Translations under genes and position numbers: made by a program | The notes under the pieces: generated by a model | Database searches by the model: none | Told to the model about the DNA's origin: nothing | Seen by the model: only the letters and a program-made list of their open reading frames with translations | Source of the DNA: Endomicrobiales bacterium | Lineage (GTDB): Bacteria > Elusimicrobiota > Endomicrobiia > Endomicrobiales > CAWCFT01 | Assembly: GCA_963794945.1 (NCBI GenBank) | Contig: CAWCFT010000001.1 | Location: forward strand, 256,001-320,000 | DNA: 64,000 nt | Direction of reading: 5' to 3' | Shown here: positions 18,496-27,725 of the stretch, one piece after another | How positions within the stretch are numbered: the stretch's first letter is position 1 | How the letters are laid out: each line of letters begins with the position of its first letter

Positions 18496-18576
18496 ATTCA
18501 AGATTTAAGATTGGAAGATTAAAATATTTTTGGCCCAAGACAGTAATTTTAAATTTTTAATCTTTAATTTTTTAAT
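18496..18576. repeat. Heptamer-arm inverted-repeat element E8 (AAGATT type)
   Basis: TCAAGAT TTAAGAT TGGAAGAT TAAAAT ... ATTTTAA ATTTTTAA TCTTTAA TTTTTTAA. Confidence 0.6.
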
Positions 18577-18588
18577 GAGACTCTAACT

Positions 18589-19098
18589 ATGAACATGTAC
18601 ACGCTTGATATCATTCTTCTTATAGCTTTAACAGCTGCCGCAGTCTGGACCGTGCTTCGCGGAAGCCTGCTAAGGGCCGTAATAGCACTGGCGCTTACAA
18701 GCATCGTGCTAACAGCTATCATTTTCAGGCTCGGCTCACCCATAGCAGCCGTGTTCGAGCTCTCTGTGTGCGCGGGCCTTATAACCGTAGTATTTATGAG
18801 CACCATAAGCCTTACCAAACCGCTTACTCATATGGAAACACTTGAATATACAAAGAGCAGGATAAAAAGGTTCTGGCTGCTGCCGGTTATTATTATAATT
18901 GCCGGTTTGGGCCTTGTTTTCGTGACCATACCGTTCAACTTCAATATACCTGTAGCCGTAAGTACAGAAAGCTTCAGAAACGTGCTCTGGCAGGAAAGGC
19001 GCTTTGACCTTATAGGCCAGATACTTATAATACTCGCCGGAGTTTTCGGCGTTGTGGTTCTTTTTAAGCACCACTCAAAAGACGAACCCGAGGAATAG
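18589..19098 (+). CDS. NuoJ-like membrane subunit
   Basis: Five hydrophobic helices; AAVFELSVCAGLITV; position in the operon. Confidence 0.75.
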   Translation: MNMYTLDIILLIALTAAAVWTVLRGSLLRAVIALALTSIVLTAIIFRLGSPIAAVFELSVCAGLITVVFMSTISLTKPLTHMETLEYTKSRIKRFWLLPVIIIIAGLGLVFVTIPFNFNIPVAVSTESFRNVLWQERRFDLIGQILIILAGVFGVVVLFKHHSKDEPEE

Positions 19099-19103
19099 GA
19101 AAA

Positions 19104-19425
19104 ATGACTGCAGAACAACGCTCAACTATTAAGGCTATATATAGTATTTCTCCCACTGATATTCATTGCTGGGTTCTACTGCATTGTCACAACAAGGAAC
19201 CTCATCCGCGCCCTCTTGGGCCTTGAGATACTGACAAAAGCCGTCACTCTTATGCTTGCGCTTGCCGGATTCCTCACAGGCAAAACGGCTCTTTCGCAGG
19301 CGCTCATCATAACGCTGATAGTCGTCGAGGTTGTTGTTATAGCCATCGCGGCAGGCGTCGTGCTGAACATTTTCAAGCATTACAACTCGCTTGACACAAG
19401 AAACATCAGGACGCTGAAAGGATAA
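19104..19425 (+). CDS. NuoK/MrpC-like subunit; apparent +1 indel near 19113
   Basis: Frame reading GFYCIVTTRNLIRALLGLEIL..IVVEVVV; ATG 19104 is one base out of frame. Confidence 0.8.
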
Positions 19426-19431
19426 TCTACA

Positions 19432-19764
19432 ATGGCAAAATGGTTTTTACTTCCTCCAGTAACTTTTATAGTGGTGCTAGTTATAAACACCCTGCTTTCT
19501 AAGCTGTCAAAAGGCCTGGCTTACAAGGATGACAGCGTACCCGGTGGAAAATATAAATCTTACGCCTGCGGAGAGAACGTTGACTCCCCCAGGGTTCAGC
19601 CAGGCTATGAGCAGTTTTTCCCCTTCGCCTTCTTTTTTACTATAATGCATGTAGTGGCCCTTGTTATAGCCACAGCACCGGTGCATTCGTTGCGCGCGGC
19701 TTTAATTGCAGCACTATTCATAATGGCTGCCATAAGCGGACTTTTTATACTGTTTCGGAAGTAG
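19432..19764 (+). CDS. NuoA-like subunit
   Basis: KYKSYACGE loop, FFPFAFFF, three TM helices. Confidence 0.75.
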   Translation: MAKWFLLPPVTFIVVLVINTLLSKLSKGLAYKDDSVPGGKYKSYACGENVDSPRVQPGYEQFFPFAFFFTIMHVVALVIATAPVHSLRAALIAALFIMAAISGLFILFRK

Positions 19765-19773
19765 GATCAAGTT

Positions 19774-20238
19774 ATGATAAAACTAGCTGAAAAAATAGTC
19801 ACTTGGGCAAGGACAAAGTCCCCCTGGATAATACATTTTAACACCGGCGCCTGCAACGCCTGTGATATAGAGATTGTAGCCGCGCTCACGCCGCGTTACG
19901 ATGTTGAACGCTTCGGCGTGGTAATTAAAGGGACTCCTCGGCATGCTGACGTACTTATATGTTCCGGCCCCTTGACCAAACAGCAAAACGACAGGCTGGT
20001 AAGGATATATGAGCAGATGCCTGCTCCCAAGTTCGTTGTCGCGGTAGGCACATGCGCCTGCTCGGGTGGCGTGTTTCACGACTGCTATGGAGTACTCGGC
20101 GGTATAAATTCCGCTATACCAGTCTCGGCTTACATACCCGGATGCCCGGCGAGCCCAGAGGCAATAATAGACGGCGTAGTAAAGCTTCTTTCAAGCCTGG
20201 ATCCGAAAGATGAGAAACCGGCAGAGGTGCAAAAATGA
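19774..20238 (+). CDS. Group 4 [NiFe]-hydrogenase small subunit (NuoB-like)
   Basis: CNACDIE, PRHAD, GTCACSGG, IPGCP. Confidence 0.93.
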   Translation: MIKLAEKIVTWARTKSPWIIHFNTGACNACDIEIVAALTPRYDVERFGVVIKGTPRHADVLICSGPLTKQQNDRLVRIYEQMPAPKFVVAVGTCACSGGVFHDCYGVLGGINSAIPVSAYIPGCPASPEAIIDGVVKLLSSLDPKDEKPAEVQK

Positions 20239-20693
20239 ACGAGCAAGAAGTTCTACAAAAATTATACGGCAAATTCAGCTATCTTGACGGCAAGGGCAGA
20301 GTCGCCCGCGCAAGGCGCATATTCTGCGACGTCCCGAACGCGAATTTCAGGGAAGTAATTAACTACACAATAAATGAGCTCGGTTTTTCGATACTCACGA
20401 CAATGACAGGCGTTGACGACGGCGAGACTTTAGGTTTCATATACCATTTTGCTTCTTTCAACGGCATGATGCTAAACCTTAAGATAAGCGCGCCCAAAGA
20501 CAATCCTGTAATTAAAACAGTTACAGACCTTTTTCCCTCGGCTGAGATGTACGAGCGCGAAGTCATAGACCTGCTCGGCGCAAAAGTAGAAGGTTTAAAG
20601 CCCGGCAGGCGCTATCCGCTGCACGAGACATGGCCTGCAGGTGAACATCCTTTAAGAAAAGACTGGACATATAACAAACCGGCTGAAAAATAG
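20235..20693 (+). CDS. NuoC-like subunit
   Basis: TGVDDG, YEREVIDLLG, HPLRKD. Confidence 0.9.
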   Translation: MNEQEVLQKLYGKFSYLDGKGRVARARRIFCDVPNANFREVINYTINELGFSILTTMTGVDDGETLGFIYHFASFNGMMLNLKISAPKDNPVIKTVTDLFPSAEMYEREVIDLLGAKVEGLKPGRRYPLHETWPAGEHPLRKDWTYNKPAEK

Positions 20694-20745
20694 ACGCACG
20701 TTTGATGCCAAACCGTATTAAAAACGGTTCTGGAGGTAAAAAATT

Positions 20746-21960
20746 ATGGGTAAAGTAACTATTCCGATAGGCCCGCAGCATCCCGCTCTTAAAGAGCCGG
20801 AGAGTTTCGCGGTAACGCTTGACGGCGAAAAGATAGTAAGCATGGTAGCGAACCTCGGTTACAACCATCGCGGTGTTGAAAAGGCCTGCGAAGGCAGGAC
20901 ATATACTCAGGCGCTCTATCTTATAGAGCGCATCTGCGGCATCTGTTCACACACGCATTCCACATGTTTCATACAAGCCGTTGAAGAGATAGCGGCGCTT
21001 GAAGTGCCCAAAAGAGGGCTTTATATACGAACGATAATTGCTGAGCTCGAACGCATGCACAGCCACCTCCTTTGGCTCGGCGTCGCTGGCCACGAGATCG
21101 GGTTTGACACGCTGCTCATGTATTCCTGGCGCGACAGGGAAGCCGTCATGGACCTTCTTGCCCTTCTTACAGGCAACAGGGTGCATTACGGGATGAATGT
21201 CCTTGGCGGATCTAAGCGCGATATTTCCCCCGACCAGGCAAAAGAGATCCTTAGAGTAATGGACGTTCTTGAAGAACGCACGAAATACTATATACAGGTT
21301 GCCACTGAAGAAGTGACGCTTATAGAGCGCCTTTCCAAAGTAGGGACGCTGTCCCACGATGACGCTGTGAAACTCGGCGCCGTAGGGCCCACTAGCCGCG
21401 CGTCAAACGTTGACCGCGACACGCGTCGCGACGACCCTTACGCGGCTTACGCGGACGTAACTTTCAAGGTAATCACTGACAACCATAACGATGTCTACGG
21501 AAGAACGCTTGTCCGCGTGGGCGAACTTATGGAGTCTTACAACATAGTCCGCCAGCTAGTTAAGAACCTGCCCGAAGGCCCGATATCGGTCAAGGCACCC
21601 ATGAAGGTCGGCCCCGGCGAAGCCGTAAGCCGCTACGAAGCGCCCAGAGGCGAAGATGTACATTATGTCAAAGCTAACGGCACCAACAAGCCCGAGCGCG
21701 TGAAAGTGCGCGCCCCGACACTTGCCAACGTTCAGGCAGTGGCCAAGATGCTAGAGAACGGCTACCTTGCAGATATACCTATAGTTATTGCCGCCATCGA
21801 CCCGTGCTTCTCGTGCACCGACCGCACAACGTTCGCCATAAAGAACCCGGACGGCAAACTCACAGGATCCATAGACTGGAGAGCACTTCGCGATTACAGC
21901 ATAAAATGGCACAAGAACAACGGCATAGATTTTTCCAAGATGAGGTCTAAACTAAAATAA
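20746..21960 (+). CDS. Group 4 [NiFe]-hydrogenase large subunit
   Basis: GPQHP, GYNHRGVEK; L1 motif ERICGICSHTH; L2 motif DPCFSCTDR followed by a C-terminal extension. Confidence 0.95.
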   Translation: MGKVTIPIGPQHPALKEPESFAVTLDGEKIVSMVANLGYNHRGVEKACEGRTYTQALYLIERICGICSHTHSTCFIQAVEEIAALEVPKRGLYIRTIIAELERMHSHLLWLGVAGHEIGFDTLLMYSWRDREAVMDLLALLTGNRVHYGMNVLGGSKRDISPDQAKEILRVMDVLEERTKYYIQVATEEVTLIERLSKVGTLSHDDAVKLGAVGPTSRASNVDRDTRRDDPYAAYADVTFKVITDNHNDVYGRTLVRVGELMESYNIVRQLVKNLPEGPISVKAPMKVGPGEAVSRYEAPRGEDVHYVKANGTNKPERVKVRAPTLANVQAVAKMLENGYLADIPIVIAAIDPCFSCTDRTTFAIKNPDGKLTGSIDWRALRDYSIKWHKNNGIDFSKMRSKLK

Positions 21961-22898
21961 TGGCTAAAATAATGTTTTACATCCTGATATTTCCGGGTTT
22001 TCTTTTCCTCAGCCTCGCAGGCGTAGCGGTGGAATACATCGACAGGATACTTTACGCCCGCTTCCAGAACAGGCAGGGCCCCCCGTGGTTCCAGCCGGTG
22101 GCGGACTTTATAAAGCTGCTAGCGAAAGAAAGCATAATACCTGAAGAAGCTGAGCCGAAGCTTTTCTCGGCGCTGCCGGTAGTCGCGCTCGCCGCAGTTA
22201 TAACGGCTATATTCTATATTCCGATGTGGAAGTCGCAGGCGCTTTTCTCTTTTGAAGGAGACCTTGTGGTAGTTATATACCTTCTTACTTTGCCTACGAT
22301 CACGTTCTTCCTTGCTGGTTGGACCTCAACCTCACTTTATTCTATGATAGGCTCGGTAAGGACACTTACGCAGCTTTTTGCTTACGAAGTGCCTCTCTTC
22401 ATGGGAGTGCTTGCGCCAACTATACTTGCCGAGACATGGTCAATAACCGGCCTTTCCAAATATTACGGCCTCCACCCGTGGTACATATTGTTCAATATAC
22501 CGGGTTTCGTGGTCTCTCTTATAGCCATACAGGGCAAGCTTGAAAAGGTGCCCTTCGATATACCTGAAGCCGAGACTGAGATAGTCGGCGGCACGTTCAC
22601 CGAGTATTCCGGCCGCCTCCTCGCTTATTTCCGTATGGCGATAGATATAGAGATGGTAGTCTGCGCGTCATCTGCTTTCAGCCATATTTTTCCCCTACTT
22701 CATGGACATGAACCCATTCGCGGGCCTTACGTTATACCTTGTTAAAGTCCTCTGCATGATATTCCTTTTCGCGCTTATTCGCTCGCTTTTCGCGCGCTTA
22801 AGAATAGACCAGATGGTGAGTTCTGCTGGAAATACCTTGCCCCCTTAGCGCTTTTCCAGCTGGCTCTTAATTTTGTTCTTAAAGGCTTATTGAAATGA
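21960..22898 (+). CDS. NuoH-like membrane subunit; apparent indels near 22671 and 22820
   Basis: ARFQNRQGP, DFIKLLAKE, PFDIPEAETEIVGG..EYSG; shifted frames give RSLFARLRIDQ and CWKYLAPL to a TGA at 22896-22898. Confidence 0.88.
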
Positions 22899-23344
22899 TA
22901 AAACCAGGCGCGATGCTAAGAGAAGTACTGAACCATGTCTTAAGAAAACCGGCCACGGAGAACTATCCGTTCGTAAAACCGAGAAGTGCGATAAGTTCCG
23001 TGCCCAGATAAAATTCCTGCCGGAACGGTGTATAGGCTGTAAGTTCTGTATGAGGGACTGCCCTTCTGCCGCCATTACCATAAATAAAATAGCAGACAAA
23101 CAGTTCGAATGCGTTATCGATAACGCCAAATGCATATTACTGCGCCCAGTGTGTTCTTATATGCCCCAAGCAGGCGCTTGAGAGCACGAAATTCTTTGAA
23201 CTTGCCCAGCTTACAAAAGGGCCCCTAAAGGTGACCTATGCCGCAGAAAAGAAAGCCCCAACCGAAGAAAAAGCAGCCCCTCAAGCGTCAACAAACAGCA
23301 CCGAAGGTGCTGGACCTCAAAAAAGCGCTGAAAAACAGCCTTAA
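22895..23344 (+). CDS. NuoI-like 2x[4Fe-4S] ferredoxin subunit; apparent indels near 22980 and 23137
   Basis: Not in the ORF track. Joined frames read KPATENYPF, CIGCKFCMRDCP, CIYCAQCVLICPKQAL. Confidence 0.82.
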
Positions 23345-23783
23345 AGGCGCTAAAAATGTAGCCATACTCGGCGTTGGCTCTGAACTCAGGGGCGACGACA
23401 TAGCAGGTATGGTAGCGGCCGAAATAATCCTTAAAGCCAACCACAAAAATATCCATGTATTCCTGGGAGCTACCGCACCCGAGAACTTCACTGGCGAAAT
23501 AAAAAAGTGCAAACCCACACACCTTTTCATAATCGATGCCGCGGACACATCTTCAAAACCAGGAACCATAGACCTTATCGACCCGGATATTGTTGGTGGA
23601 GTATCTTTCTCTACGCACATGATGCCGCTCAAAATCATGGTAGACTACCTGCTTCAATCCATCAAATGCAAGGTCATGATAATCGGCATCCAACCAAAAG
23701 TATTGAAATTCGGTAGCGAACCTTCCAAAGAAGCGATAACCTCGGCGAAAGAAGTTGCTAAAACCATTCTAGAAATACTTTAA
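23307..23783 (+). CDS. hycI: Hydrogenase maturation protease (HycI-like)
   Basis: LGVGSELRGDDIAG, APENFTG, IIDAAD, STH, IGIQP; GTG 23307 is the likely start. Confidence 0.9.
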   Translation: MLDLKKALKNSLKGAKNVAILGVGSELRGDDIAGMVAAEIILKANHKNIHVFLGATAPENFTGEIKKCKPTHLFIIDAADTSSKPGTIDLIDPDIVGGVSFSTHMMPLKIMVDYLLQSIKCKVMIIGIQPKVLKFGSEPSKEAITSAKEVAKTILEIL

Positions 23784-23804
23784 GATTGCCTGACACCACT
23801 AAAA

Positions 23805-23846
23805 ATAAAACCGCCACACCCTACAACAGGCTCTGGCGGTTTTTAT
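23805..23846. terminator. Bidirectional intrinsic terminator
   Basis: ATAAAACCGCCA...TGGCGGTTTTTAT between convergent genes. Confidence 0.7.
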
Positions 23847-23868
23847 ATTAAATTCTTATTAAACTGCT

Positions 23869-24522
23869 TTATTTCTGAACGGCAACTTCAATCTGTCTCT
23901 GACCGCGCACCAATTCTAAACCCAGTATCAGACAACCGACCAAAAGTATGGTTATACCGCTTATCGCGACAGCAACAGACAGCATTGGCCCGAAGCCGTA
24001 TATAACAGCTCCAGCAAATACAAGTATCCCGCCAATTTTTGGAAATTCCTTTGAACGGATAAGAGCTATACAAAATAATATGATACCAATAAATATTGTA
24101 GCGCTTGCAGCCGTCTGGAACATGGCAACAAGAGTATTATTAATGATGATACGATCATCGAGAAGCGTCTTGAAATTTTGGTTTGAAGCTATTATAGGAT
24201 ATATGAATATCTCCCACGTGACTTTACACGCCTGAATGATGTACGCTATTTCCACAAATATATACCCTAGTAACCCCGTTATTCCCGCTTCTTTATAAAG
24301 CCTTGAATAAACTGCGGCAAAACCAAATATCATGAACAATACGCCAACATACGCGGTTACTGCTGTCCATATCCAGTTTGCGTTAAGCACCGCCAATGTG
24401 AAAGTGCGGCGTATCTCAGCTACCGGCAACAGCGTGGAGAAACAAATCGAATAGATAGTTAACAAAAGTGAACCTATGATAAGCGCTATGCCACCGATTT
24501 TTTGAAGCGTTGACAGTTTCAT
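23869..24522 (-). CDS. Hypothetical membrane protein, about 6 TM helices
   Basis: 217-aa hydrophobic ORF with AGGAGG RBS. Confidence 0.75.
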   Translation of the reverse strand: MKLSTLQKIGGIALIIGSLLLTIYSICFSTLLPVAEIRRTFTLAVLNANWIWTAVTAYVGVLFMIFGFAAVYSRLYKEAGITGLLGYIFVEIAYIIQACKVTWEIFIYPIIASNQNFKTLLDDRIIINNTLVAMFQTAASATIFIGIILFCIALIRSKEFPKIGGILVFAGAVIYGFGPMLSVAVAISGITILLVGCLILGLELVRGQRQIEVAVQK

Positions 24523-24551
24523 GTAACTGCCTCCTATAATTGTATGTTTTC

Positions 24552-24974
24552 TTATCTGCTAACATTAAAATCCTCTGACTTAAAATCGCAGTAATATCGG
24601 CCATTCTTAGCCGTAAACTTCAGCACGCAGTAGTCGGGATCTGTTACTCCTTTTGAATAGTACATTTCATCGCCGTTTTGCCATATCATCTTCTTAGATT
24701 TGATGTCGCGCAGGACTTTCATCCTGCCTATGAGCATTACACCTCTAAAAAACCTTTTATCGTAAAAATACACACAAGCCTTGCCATTTGCTTTATACTG
24801 GCCAACCCTCATTGAAGATGTATTGGTTGTAAAATATAGATTCTCAATGCCTTCCCTTTTTCTTGGAGGAAGCATCGCTTTAGTGTTGGGAAACCCCATT
24901 TTATCTACAGAACTGATTATCGACACGTTCGCATTATCGATGATGTTTCCTATGGTTTTTACCGGATCTCTCAT
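24552..24974 (-). CDS. Pyridoxamine 5'-phosphate oxidase-like FMN-binding protein
   Basis: SSVDKMGFPNTKAM, YFTTNTSS, DPDYCVLKF. Confidence 0.85.
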   Translation of the reverse strand: MRDPVKTIGNIIDNANVSIISSVDKMGFPNTKAMLPPRKREGIENLYFTTNTSSMRVGQYKANGKACVYFYDKRFFRGVMLIGRMKVLRDIKSKKMIWQNGDEMYYSKGVTDPDYCVLKFTAKNGRYYCDFKSEDFNVSR

Positions 24975-24985
24975 AATTTAACCTT

Positions 24986-25753
24986 CTATTTTACGCCCCA
25001 AAACCGCTGGAGCTGCACGAGAACACTTGTATCCGATAGTTTTTCCCTTGCATCCTTAAGCCAGACATGAATCTTGTAAGGCGCGGCGCTGCCGGACTTC
25101 TTGCCGGGCGTCGCGGGCTGCAGTACAAAAGGTATCTTGGGTGAAATCTCAGAAATTATCTTTATAGCCTTGCCTATCTCCTCATCTTTTGTTTTATCGG
25201 TAAGGACAAGCTTTACAAAGGCTTTGTCTTTTGCGGCCTTGAGAAATTCTTTGTGTTCTTGCCAGTACTCTGTTTTCGAAGCCGATGGGAGCTTAATATC
25301 CATGGAAACAACGTCTACCCATTTTTTTACCTGTTCATACGCTTCGGGAATTGTGCCGTTGGTTTCAAGATAGACGTCCAATTTAAGTTTCTTTATTTCC
25401 GGGAGGAGTTTAGTGAGAAAATTAGGGTAAAGGAGCGGCTCGCCTCCGGTAAGTGAAACTGTTTTAGGTATCGAGCCTTCTCCGCCTGAAAGGCGTTTTG
25501 AAGAAAATTCCTTTATCCTCGCTATTATTGTCTCTATGGAAAAATATTTTTGGTTCTCGTCAAGCGACTGGTTCTCCGGAGTGTCGCAGTAATCGCACCT
25601 CAGGTTGCAGCCCACGAAACGAACGAATATCTGCGGCTGGCCCGTGTATATGCCTTCTCCCTGGTATGAAGCGAATATCTCTGAAACAGGAGCTTTCAGG
25701 CTCACTTTCCCAACAGGCGATGTTTTTCTCTTTTGCTTTGATGTCTGTTTCAT
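24986..25753 (-). CDS. queE: 7-carboxy-7-deazaguanine synthase
   Basis: EIFASYQGEG, FVRFVGCNLRCDYCDT, TGGEP, LETNGT. Confidence 0.93.
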   Translation of the reverse strand: MKQTSKQKRKTSPVGKVSLKAPVSEIFASYQGEGIYTGQPQIFVRFVGCNLRCDYCDTPENQSLDENQKYFSIETIIARIKEFSSKRLSGGEGSIPKTVSLTGGEPLLYPNFLTKLLPEIKKLKLDVYLETNGTIPEAYEQVKKWVDVVSMDIKLPSASKTEYWQEHKEFLKAAKDKAFVKLVLTDKTKDEEIGKAIKIISEISPKIPFVLQPATPGKKSGSAAPYKIHVWLKDAREKLSDTSVLVQLQRFWGVK

Positions 25754-25774
25754 AGTTAACATTCTCCTTGTCTC

Positions 25775-25853
25775 AGTGGTAAGCGTTAAGTGGTAAGTGA
25801 AAGTCAAAGGATTTTAAAAATTGATTTATTACTTACCCCTTAGCCCTAACCAC
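25775..25853. repeat. Heptamer-arm inverted-repeat element E9 (TAAGGG/TAAGTGG type)
   Basis: GTGG TAAGCGT TAAGTGG TAAGTGA ... CTTACCC CTTAGCC CTAACCA; overlaps the queC stop codon. Confidence 0.7.
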
Positions 25854-26508
25854 GTATCCCTGCTTCTAAGAATCCTTTTGCCCTGAACCTGCAGGAATCG
25901 CAGACCCCGCAAGGGGCCCGACCGCCTGCGTAGCACGACCAGGTCATGTCGAAAGGCACACCGAGCTTAGTGCCCAGCCTTACAATCTCTGATTTATCCA
26001 GCCTTATAAGCGGCGCCTGCACCATTATTTTTGTGCCCAGCGCCTTTAAAAGCCTATTCCAGGCTATATAATAGTCCGGACGGCAATCCGGATAGCCTGA
26101 GTAATCAACGGCATTTGCTCCGATAAATATTGTCTCCGCGCCCAGGGTCTCGGCGTACGAAAGGGCAAATGAAAGAAAAACCGTGTTCCTGCCCGGCACA
26201 TACGTCGAAGGCAATGAACTTAAAATCGGCGCCCTGCCGGCATTATCCGGCAAGTTCTTATTGTCAGGTATCTTTTTATTGGTATCCGTAAGCGAACTTC
26301 CGCTCCAGGGAAGAGCTATTTTCACTGTTTGGTATTTGCATCCTGTCTTTTTAGCTATGCGTATGGCAGAATTTAACTCTTTCCTGTGCCTCTGGCCGTA
26401 ATCGAACAGAAGGCAGGCGCATTTGTATCCCTGCTTTAACGCGTAGTAAAGCACGGTGGATGAATCCAGGCCGCCTGAAAGAAGTACGACTGCTTTTTTA
26501 TTTTTCAT
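25846..26508 (-). CDS. queC: 7-cyano-7-deazaguanine synthase
   Basis: SGGLDS, YGQRH, YVPGRN, GYPDCR, TWSCY..CGVCDSC. Confidence 0.97.
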   Translation of the reverse strand: MKNKKAVVLLSGGLDSSTVLYYALKQGYKCACLLFDYGQRHRKELNSAIRIAKKTGCKYQTVKIALPWSGSSLTDTNKKIPDNKNLPDNAGRAPILSSLPSTYVPGRNTVFLSFALSYAETLGAETIFIGANAVDYSGYPDCRPDYYIAWNRLLKALGTKIMVQAPLIRLDKSEIVRLGTKLGVPFDMTWSCYAGGRAPCGVCDSCRFRAKGFLEAGIRG

Positions 26509-26538
26509 AGCTTATTTTGGCCACGATAATTCTCCAAA

Positions 26539-26907
26539 CTAGTTAGATACAGCCGCTGATGAGGTGTCACTTTCCCAAACTTCCACTTCAAACGTCTTAA
26601 CGCCTTTCGGCAGCTGCTTTGAAAGTTGTCTAAATATGTATTCAGCAATATTTTCCGCAGTCGGGTTAGTTTTATTGAACGGCGGGGTTTCATTCAGGTA
26701 GCTGTGGTCAAGCTTCGCTATAACCATATCGAGCAAATCCTTTATATCCGTAAAATCCATTGCCATGCCGGTCTTATCGAGCTTGTTCGAGACCAGCGAG
26801 GCTTTAATTTTCCAATTGTGCCCATGCAGTTTTTCACACTTGCCTTTATACCCTCTCAGCGCGTGAGCCGCCGAAAAACCTCTTATCACAGAAACTTTAT
26901 ACTTCAT
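26539..26907 (-). CDS. queD: 6-carboxytetrahydropterin synthase
   Basis: FSAAH, CEKLHGHNW, LDHSYLN, PTAENIA. Confidence 0.96.
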   Translation of the reverse strand: MKYKVSVIRGFSAAHALRGYKGKCEKLHGHNWKIKASLVSNKLDKTGMAMDFTDIKDLLDMVIAKLDHSYLNETPPFNKTNPTAENIAEYIFRQLSKQLPKGVKTFEVEVWESDTSSAAVSN

Positions 26908-27725
26908 AGTGCTACCTTCCTTACTGGTTTTATGTTTCGGCCAAGAAAACGGCAGGCTATCTCGGTAAATTTCTGCGGAATATCGCTTACGAAATACTGG
27001 TATCTGCCTTTCATCTTTGAATTGTTAGATAGATCCAGGGTGGCAAGCGTGTGTTTGACTTCCATTGCGGCGGTCTCGGCGGAATCTATAAGGCGTATGT
27101 GTTTTCCGGCCGCGGACTGGATGATATTTTTGATAAGCGGGTAATGTGTGCAGCCGAGGACTATCGTGTCTATCCCGTTTTTTAGCACCGGTTTGATATA
27201 TTCTTCTGCGACCTCTTTGGTTACTCTGTGACCAAGCCATCCTTCTTCCACTAGAGGCACGAAAAGCGGGCAGGCCTTGCCGAATACCTTTGCCTTTTTA
27301 TTAAGTCTCTTTATGGCTTTTGCGTAAGACGAACTGCGGATCGTGCCCTCGGTGCCCAGCACGGCTATTTTTCCGTTCCTGGTAACGGAAAGAGCTGCTT
27401 TTGCACCGGGTGCGATAACCTCTATTATTGGAACATTGAAATTTCTCTTCAATGAGGCCAGAGCCACCGCCGAGGCCGTGTTGCAGGCGATGACTATCAT
27501 CTTCACTTTCTTAGAAAGAAGAAAAGATGCTATATCCATGGAATACTTTGTCACCACTTCACTCGATTTTGAGCCATACGGCACGTGGGCCGTGTCCCCG
27601 AAATAAATTACGTTCTCGTTCGGAAGAACTTTGATGATCTCAGCCATGACCGTTAGCCCGCCGAGTCCCGAGTCGAACACACCTACAGGCAATTTTGAAG
27701 AGTTCAGTGCCTTACCTTTTTGCAT
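26904..27725 (-). CDS. murI: Glutamate racemase
   Basis: FDSGLGGLTV, IACNTAS, LGCTHYP. Confidence 0.97.
   Translation of the reverse strand: MQKGKALNSSKLPVGVFDSGLGGLTVMAEIIKVLPNENVIYFGDTAHVPYGSKSSEVVTKYSMDIASFLLSKKVKMIVIACNTASAVALASLKRNFNVPIIEVIAPGAKAALSVTRNGKIAVLGTEGTIRSSSYAKAIKRLNKKAKVFGKACPLFVPLVEEGWLGHRVTKEVAEEYIKPVLKNGIDTIVLGCTHYPLIKNIIQSAAGKHIRLIDSAETAAMEVKHTLATLDLSNNSKMKGRYQYFVSDIPQKFTEIACRFLGRNIKPVRKVAL

Noticed and set aside
20746..21960. NADH dehydrogenase NuoD, or a [NiFeSe] enzyme
   Set aside because: All four Ni-ligating Cys residues are present as Cys codons, and a maturation protease follows.
13595..23344. Programmed frameshifting or pseudogenisation of the hydrogenase operon
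   Set aside because: The same kind of indel occurs across the window, including essential genes, and no consistent slippery sites are seen.
24986..26907. queCDE as a 7-deazaguanine DNA-modification (dpd) defence island
   Set aside because: No dpdA/TGT-like or helicase genes. The genes sit with murI and the amidase, consistent with ordinary queuosine synthesis. No preQ1 riboswitch was recognised.
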